Origin: Candidatus Cloacimonadales bacterium
GTDB taxonomy: Bacteria; Cloacimonadota; Cloacimonadia; Cloacimonadales; JAIOQZ01
Reading direction: 5' to 3'
Assembly (NCBI GenBank): GCA_963662655.2
Contig: CAXXTU010000002.1
Coordinates: forward strand, 2,560,001 to 2,624,000
Length of the DNA: 64,000 nucleotides
In this document: piece by piece, positions 59,212 to 64,000 of the stretch
Layout: every line of letters begins with the position of its first letter
How positions within the stretch are numbered: position 1 is the stretch's first letter
The notes under the pieces: model-generated
Database searches by the model: none
Told to the model about the DNA's origin: nothing
The model's input: only the letters and a program-made list of their open reading frames with translations
Made by a program: the position numbers and the translations under genes

Positions 59212-59318
59212 GCATCTTCGCCCGATCGCACCTCCAACGTGGATATAACACGATTCCGTTGGGAGAAAAGGAACAACTCCATCGTGTAACACCACGTCTC
59301 CGTTGGCGATCAAGCGAA
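59212..59318. repeat. Structured intergenic element family B, copy 2 (inverted relative to copy 1)
   Basis: GCATCTTCGCCCG...ACGTGGATATAACAC...GTGTAACACCACGT...GCGAA aligns with the reverse complement of 39702-39816. Confidence 0.7.
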
Positions 59319-59401
59319 TCTACTCTCGAACTACCTCCGGCGCTAAAGACGCCCCGGCAAGTCGAAGCAACCGGGTCATCACCAAAGCATACGGAAAGAA
59401 A

Positions 59402-59431
59402 AAGCTGAAGATGCGCAGGCATCTTCAGCTT
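59402..59431 (-). terminator. Terminator hairpin
   Basis: AAGCTGAAGATGC-gcag-GCATCTTCAGCTT with flanking A-runs on +. Confidence 0.75.
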
Positions 59432-59451
59432 CAAGAAAAATTGCGATTAAC

Positions 59452-62016
59452 CTATTTCAGCAGAAGCATCTTTCTCTCGAACGTCTTCTGCTTTGTCTCC
59501 ATCCGGTAGAGATAAACTCCGCTCGAGCATTTCTTGCCGCTATCGTCTTCGCCATACCATACGACGGTGTAATCACCGGCGATTTTCTCTTCATCCACAA
59601 GCGTCCGAACCAACTGGCCCCTTAGATTGTAGACCTTGATCCCCACATGCGAATCGTCCCCGATCGTAAACATAATCGACGTACTGGGATTGAACGGATT
59701 GGGGTAATTCTGCCCGATCATCGTTGAAATGAGCGGTGGCGTTTCCTCTTCTTCCGGTTCTCCACCGTTGATAGTCACGGATGTTGGACCGAACAACGAA
59801 GACGAGCCGTTCATCTCGATTGCTTCCAGCCAGTAATTGTATGTGGCTTCTTCCTCGATCTCTGGATCTTTGAAGTAGTAGGTGTGCTCGTTCGAGCCGT
59901 TGATCGCCGCGATGAGATTGGCGTTGATCATCATCGCGTCGCCGAGGACACACGTCTCGCTCTTGAGGATGCGGTAACCGAGCAGGTCTTGCTCCGACTG
60001 CGTGGTCCATGTGATCAATACCGATTCCCCGGCTGTGAACACGGCGCTGAAACCGGACATTTCGACCGGCAGTGTAGAGCCTTCGCCTTTGTTCATGACG
60101 AAATGTTCACCACCGTCGCGCAGCGGAGTATCGAACGTCCACGTGAAGGTAGCGGTCTGACCGACGCCATCCCATACAACATCCGTGACGGTCTCCCAAG
60201 TGCCGCCGTTGTTCCATACCAGCTCGTCGGGCGTGAAAGGCAGGCCGTCGAAGTGCAGCACAATCTCGACCGGCTGATCCGTACCCGAGAGTGTCACCTG
60301 ATACGTCAGACTGGCGTTGATGGGTAAGGTAACATCGCCGTTGCCGATGAGAACCTCGATATCCACCGTGATCGTCGTCCCCGGAACGCTGGGATCGATG
60401 TCCACGTCAGGATCGACAACCACAGCTCCGTTTCCGTCGTAGTCATACGGTTCGAGCGGGATGACCGGTATGGGCAGCGGATCGTTGTCGGGTGGGGTTC
60501 CGCTTGCCCCTCCATTGCCGGGATCGCCGGTAACGGTTATCGTGAACGGTTGCGTATTGTAGCCGCCATAGCCGTCTGTCACGCTCAGTTCCACCTGATT
60601 CGCCCCGAGATATTCGTACCCTGGAGTACCGATCAACTGCGCGGTGCCGTTGCCGTAATCGGTGAACGACAGCCAGGCCGGACGCGTCGGAGCCGCAATA
60701 ACAATGCCTCCGATGTTGTTGCCATCGTCTGTAGTCGTGATGTTATAGACATACTCCAACTCGGCGTTGACAGAAGTAGAAGGAGTAGAAGTGAACGTAG
60801 GCGTCGTGTTGCCCGGCTCAAAGATGTATGCAGCGCCCGAAGTCACACCAAGATCGTCGCAATAGGGGACACCGATCAGAATACTCGTTCCGTCAATGCT
60901 GATCGCTCGACCGAAGTTGTCATTCGGGAGTCCATCGTCGGCGGTTAGTTTCTGCATTTGATTCCAGGTTGATCCCGACCGCTGGAAGATATATACCGAG
61001 CCTTCGTCATCGGTGATCGGATCGGCCTGATGAGCCGTGATAGCCGCGATATCGCCGGAGAGTGACACGGCGTATCCGAAGTAATCGCTCGCCATCCCGT
61101 CACCCGCATACAGCTTCTGTTGCAGGCTCCATCCGCTGTCCCAGTGATACAAGTAAGCCGCCCCCTCGTCGCTGGTGGCGACATCGGAATGATAACACCC
61201 GATCAGGCAGTAATCTCCGGATAGGGAGACCGATCGACCATAGTAATCCTGGTCTGTCGCATCGTAAGCCGTAAGCTTCTGATTTTGCGGCCAGTTTGTA
61301 CCGCTTCGGTGGTAAATATAGGCCGAACCGGAGCTGGACCCTGCGTCGTCGTTACCATCAGCGCCCACGACAAGCCGGTCGCCGCTGATCGAGACCGAGT
61401 GACCGAACATGTCGGATAAATCTCCGTCGCTTGCAGTTACCTTTGCCTGTTGCGTCCATGTTCCTCCGCTTCGATAGAAGATGTACGCCGAGCCGGATCC
61501 GCTTCCCATGTCGTCGTCGCCGTACGCACCGATGGCGATATAATCACCGGAGATCGACACAGAGTAACCGAAATAGTCGTTCGCCTCCGGGTCGCCGGCC
61601 GTCAGTTTCTGTTGCTGCGTCCAGACGCTCCCGCTCCTGTGGAAAACATAGGCAGCGCCTTCGTCATCCGAGGGGTAGTTCACTCCATACGCGCCAATGA
61701 CGACATCGTCCCCGTAAATTGCTACGGACTCTCCGAAATAATCGTTTATGGCTGCATCCGATGCGGTCAGCTTCTGCTGAATGGACCAGGTACCACCCGA
61801 TTTATAGTAGATATACACCGCGCCCTCATCGCCAGAAGGGAAATGGGATCGCGGGGAACCCACGACAGCGTAGTTGCCGCAAATTGCGACGCTCTTGCCG
61901 AAATTGTCGCTGCCGGCGCCATCGTAGGCAATGAGCTTGTCGATTTGCTCCCAACTTGCGAAAAGATTTAACGAAGCGATAAAGATAAAAAGAAGTGTCA
62001 GCCAGAGCTTTTTCAT
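59452..62016 (-). CDS. Secreted FG-GAP beta-propeller protein with Ig/cadherin-like and FlgD-Ig/T9SS-like C-terminal domains
   Basis: Seven KL.A.D...D.FG.SV.I.GD...GA.Y repeats, P.WLSF, NYPNPFNPST...RKMLLLK. Confidence 0.88.
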   Translation of the reverse strand: MKKLWLTLLFIFIASLNLFASWEQIDKLIAYDGAGSDNFGKSVAICGNYAVVGSPRSHFPSGDEGAVYIYYKSGGTWSIQQKLTASDAAINDYFGESVAIYGDDVVIGAYGVNYPSDDEGAAYVFHRSGSVWTQQQKLTAGDPEANDYFGYSVSISGDYIAIGAYGDDDMGSGSGSAYIFYRSGGTWTQQAKVTASDGDLSDMFGHSVSISGDRLVVGADGNDDAGSSSGSAYIYHRSGTNWPQNQKLTAYDATDQDYYGRSVSLSGDYCLIGCYHSDVATSDEGAAYLYHWDSGWSLQQKLYAGDGMASDYFGYAVSLSGDIAAITAHQADPITDDEGSVYIFQRSGSTWNQMQKLTADDGLPNDNFGRAISIDGTSILIGVPYCDDLGVTSGAAYIFEPGNTTPTFTSTPSTSVNAELEYVYNITTTDDGNNIGGIVIAAPTRPAWLSFTDYGNGTAQLIGTPGYEYLGANQVELSVTDGYGGYNTQPFTITVTGDPGNGGASGTPPDNDPLPIPVIPLEPYDYDGNGAVVVDPDVDIDPSVPGTTITVDIEVLIGNGDVTLPINASLTYQVTLSGTDQPVEIVLHFDGLPFTPDELVWNNGGTWETVTDVVWDGVGQTATFTWTFDTPLRDGGEHFVMNKGEGSTLPVEMSGFSAVFTAGESVLITWTTQSEQDLLGYRILKSETCVLGDAMMINANLIAAINGSNEHTYYFKDPEIEEEATYNYWLEAIEMNGSSSLFGPTSVTINGGEPEEEETPPLISTMIGQNYPNPFNPSTSIMFTIGDDSHVGIKVYNLRGQLVRTLVDEEKIAGDYTVVWYGEDDSGKKCSSGVYLYRMETKQKTFERKMLLLK

Positions 62017-62224
62017 TTCAGAACCTCCCATCTTTGTTGAGTGAGTTATCCAGGCAATTGCAAAACTGAATACGATTCTGAATATATTACTATCTTACTG
62101 CAAGAATAAAGTTTGTGTTTGCTGAGTGGAGTTGGTTGATTATCGTATAGGAGTGTTATTATCACGTATTTCCATTAATAAAAATCGTATTCCTGCCCTT
62201 TCTTTCTGCAAACCGCGAATAAGT

Positions 62225-63241
62225 CTATTCAACCTTCCCAAGCGGCATGACGTAAAGCGGCTCTTCTTCCCGAGTCATTCCCGTCAGGATTTGCAGCTTG
62301 AGATCGTCGAAGGCTCCGATCGCGACAGTGCCCATCCCCATCGATTGCACTTGCAGATACACGTTTTCCGCCGAATGTCCCAGGTCCATCGGCACGTAAC
62401 GTGAACGGCCACGCCGACCGTACACCGAGGTGGTGCGCTCAAACACGGCAGACCAGATAATCGAGGCCGGCGCATCCGTTACCCAGTTCTGATCGTAGCA
62501 GGCTTCACCCAATTCATTGTGAAAATCACCCTCTTTATGCGGGTACAGCTTGTGCCCATTCGGTTCATAGATGTAAATGCCCGGATCGAGTCCCTGCACG
62601 TTCCAGGCCGCCAGATAAATCTCCAGCGGGTACAAACCACCGGCGGATGGGGCGGTTTTCAATCCGCCGCGAAGCTTTTCGGGAGCCACTTCTTTCGTGA
62701 CGCCATAAGCAGCCCAGAGCAGTTGAGAAACTTCGTTCATGGTTAACGACTCGCCAGTAAATTTCCGTATCGACCTGCGCTTCATTAGCGCTTCTTCGAT
62801 TGAGATATCGCTTGTAAACGAAGGCTTCGGCAGCGAGATTGGATTCTGCAACTCGTGAGATTGCGGGAGTTCGTTAATCAATTTCTCACGGCTGTCGTTG
62901 ATCTTCGCCATGATCCTTTTCCACTCCGGGTCGTTACGAAGCGATTCCAGGTCGGAGTCCTCGTTTGGCCAGTCGATGTCCAGCCACCCGAGCTCGACGC
63001 ATCGGTTCAGATGCTTGAATGCCTTCTCTCTGTCGCCGGAGAGCGCATAACAGCAAGCGGCACCATACGCGATGTCCGCTGGGGCATCGTCCCTCAAGAC
63101 GCACGAGGCATAGATATCAGCGGCCTCCCTGTAGTGGCCTTCTTCATAGAGCTGATCGGCCTTTTCCAGGAGGGTTTCGGTATCGGATGACACGAGTAGA
63201 CCTGCCGTAGCTAAAAAAAAGAGTGTGATGATGTATATCAT
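62225..63241 (-). CDS. SagB/ThcOx-family nitroreductase-like protein with signal peptide and TPR-like N-terminus
   Basis: RRSIR, SQLLWAAYG, TAPSAGGLYPLE, DLGH.AEN, IGAFDD; N-terminal ACCYAL.G...AF..L...D.DL..LR. Confidence 0.85.
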   Translation of the reverse strand: MIYIITLFFLATAGLLVSSDTETLLEKADQLYEEGHYREAADIYASCVLRDDAPADIAYGAACCYALSGDREKAFKHLNRCVELGWLDIDWPNEDSDLESLRNDPEWKRIMAKINDSREKLINELPQSHELQNPISLPKPSFTSDISIEEALMKRRSIRKFTGESLTMNEVSQLLWAAYGVTKEVAPEKLRGGLKTAPSAGGLYPLEIYLAAWNVQGLDPGIYIYEPNGHKLYPHKEGDFHNELGEACYDQNWVTDAPASIIWSAVFERTTSVYGRRGRSRYVPMDLGHSAENVYLQVQSMGMGTVAIGAFDDLKLQILTGMTREEEPLYVMPLGKVE

Positions 63242-63453
63242 GAATACCTCCAGCCTGTTGTTTCAATGTAATCAAACTTCCGGTGAAATGACTAATCTAT
63301 GTTGAGCATGATGATTGTGTCAAGCTATTCAGCAGAAGCTGCAAAGGCCTCGAATAGAGGAAAAGAGTTTGACCTGCATCGAGATCATCTGTTTGATGGC
63401 GAAGAGTTCTCTAACATCAATTATACGATTCAATATGGAAACAAGGAGAGAAT

Positions 63454-64000
63454 GTGACAGGAGACCGATTGGAGAACGACGGTATCGAGATCGTGCGCAT
63501 GTACGATGATGAGCGAATGATGAAGCAGTACTATCTCTGGCAGCTTGACGAGGAGTACAAAGACCGTTTCTGCTACACGCCGGTTAGCAATGGGAAATAC
63601 GAGTTCACGGAAGAAGGATGGGAAGCTTTTCGGAAGTCGATGATGAAATCGCTGAAGACCCATCGCGTGATTTATATGCTGTACAATCGCAAGAACGACA
63701 TCTATTTGGGCTGGGCGTGCCTCGCCGATTACAATCCACGTAATAAGTGCGCGGAGATCAGCTACTTCCTTCCCGTCGGAAACAGAGGAAAGGGCTATGG
63801 GAGCATGCTTGTAGAGCGTCTGTTGAGAATTGCCTTCTCCGGGGACTTCTTCTGGAAGTTGCATAAAATCTTTGCGGAGACGGGATCGTACAACACGGCC
63901 TCTATTCGCTTGCTGGAGAAGAATGGATTTCAACTGGACGGGCGTATCAGAGACCATTACTGGCTCGACGGAGAGATGTACGACCAACTGGTCTTCACGT
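63454..64000 (+). CDS. RimJ/RimL-type GNAT acetyltransferase (runs off the window end; absent from the ORF track)
   Basis: RBS AGGAG then GTG; manual translation gives AEISYFL...RGKGYG, NTASIRLLEKNGF.LDG..R.H. Confidence 0.85.
   Translation, partial: MTGDRLENDGIEIVRMYDDERMMKQYYLWQLDEEYKDRFCYTPVSNGKYEFTEEGWEAFRKSMMKSLKTHRVIYMLYNRKNDIYLGWACLADYNPRNKCAEISYFLPVGNRGKGYGSMLVERLLRIAFSGDFFWKLHKIFAETGSYNTASIRLLEKNGFQLDGRIRDHYWLDGEMYDQLVFT

Noticed and set aside
62225..63241. RiPP (azole-containing peptide) cluster
   Set aside because: SagB-like gene alone, with no YcaO, E1-like protein or precursor peptide nearby.

Overview
Bacterial chromosomal window, about 50-55% GC. The FlgD-Ig/T9SS-like C-termini on secreted proteins and the pheT-zapB-zapA-6S-rny-ymdB-folD order suggest an FCB-group anaerobe such as Ca. 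Cloacimonadota (inference only). Housekeeping content includes pheT to folD with a 6S RNA, potABC, cls, a eukaryote-type UGPase, an RND pump with a TetR regulator, an S1 protein, glnS and rpmH-rnpA-yidD-yidC-jag. There is also a six-gene Ehr (hydrogenase-related, no NiFe ligands) complex and several large secreted modular proteins. The five most unusual observations are: (1) a Dlt/Alg-like SGNH-ACP-MBOAT array in which two ~1.7 kb near-identical repeats (offset 2420 bp) separate three divergent SGNH genes, the middle one chimeric; (2) three dispersed copies of a ~170 nt intergenic element folding into a conserved four-way junction with compensatory changes; (3) a second two-copy structured intergenic family; (4) a ComEA-like helix-hairpin-helix module inserted inside PheT; (5) a 34-bp tandem duplication that frameshifts a patatin C-terminus. 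All calls come from reading the sequence; no database search was run.
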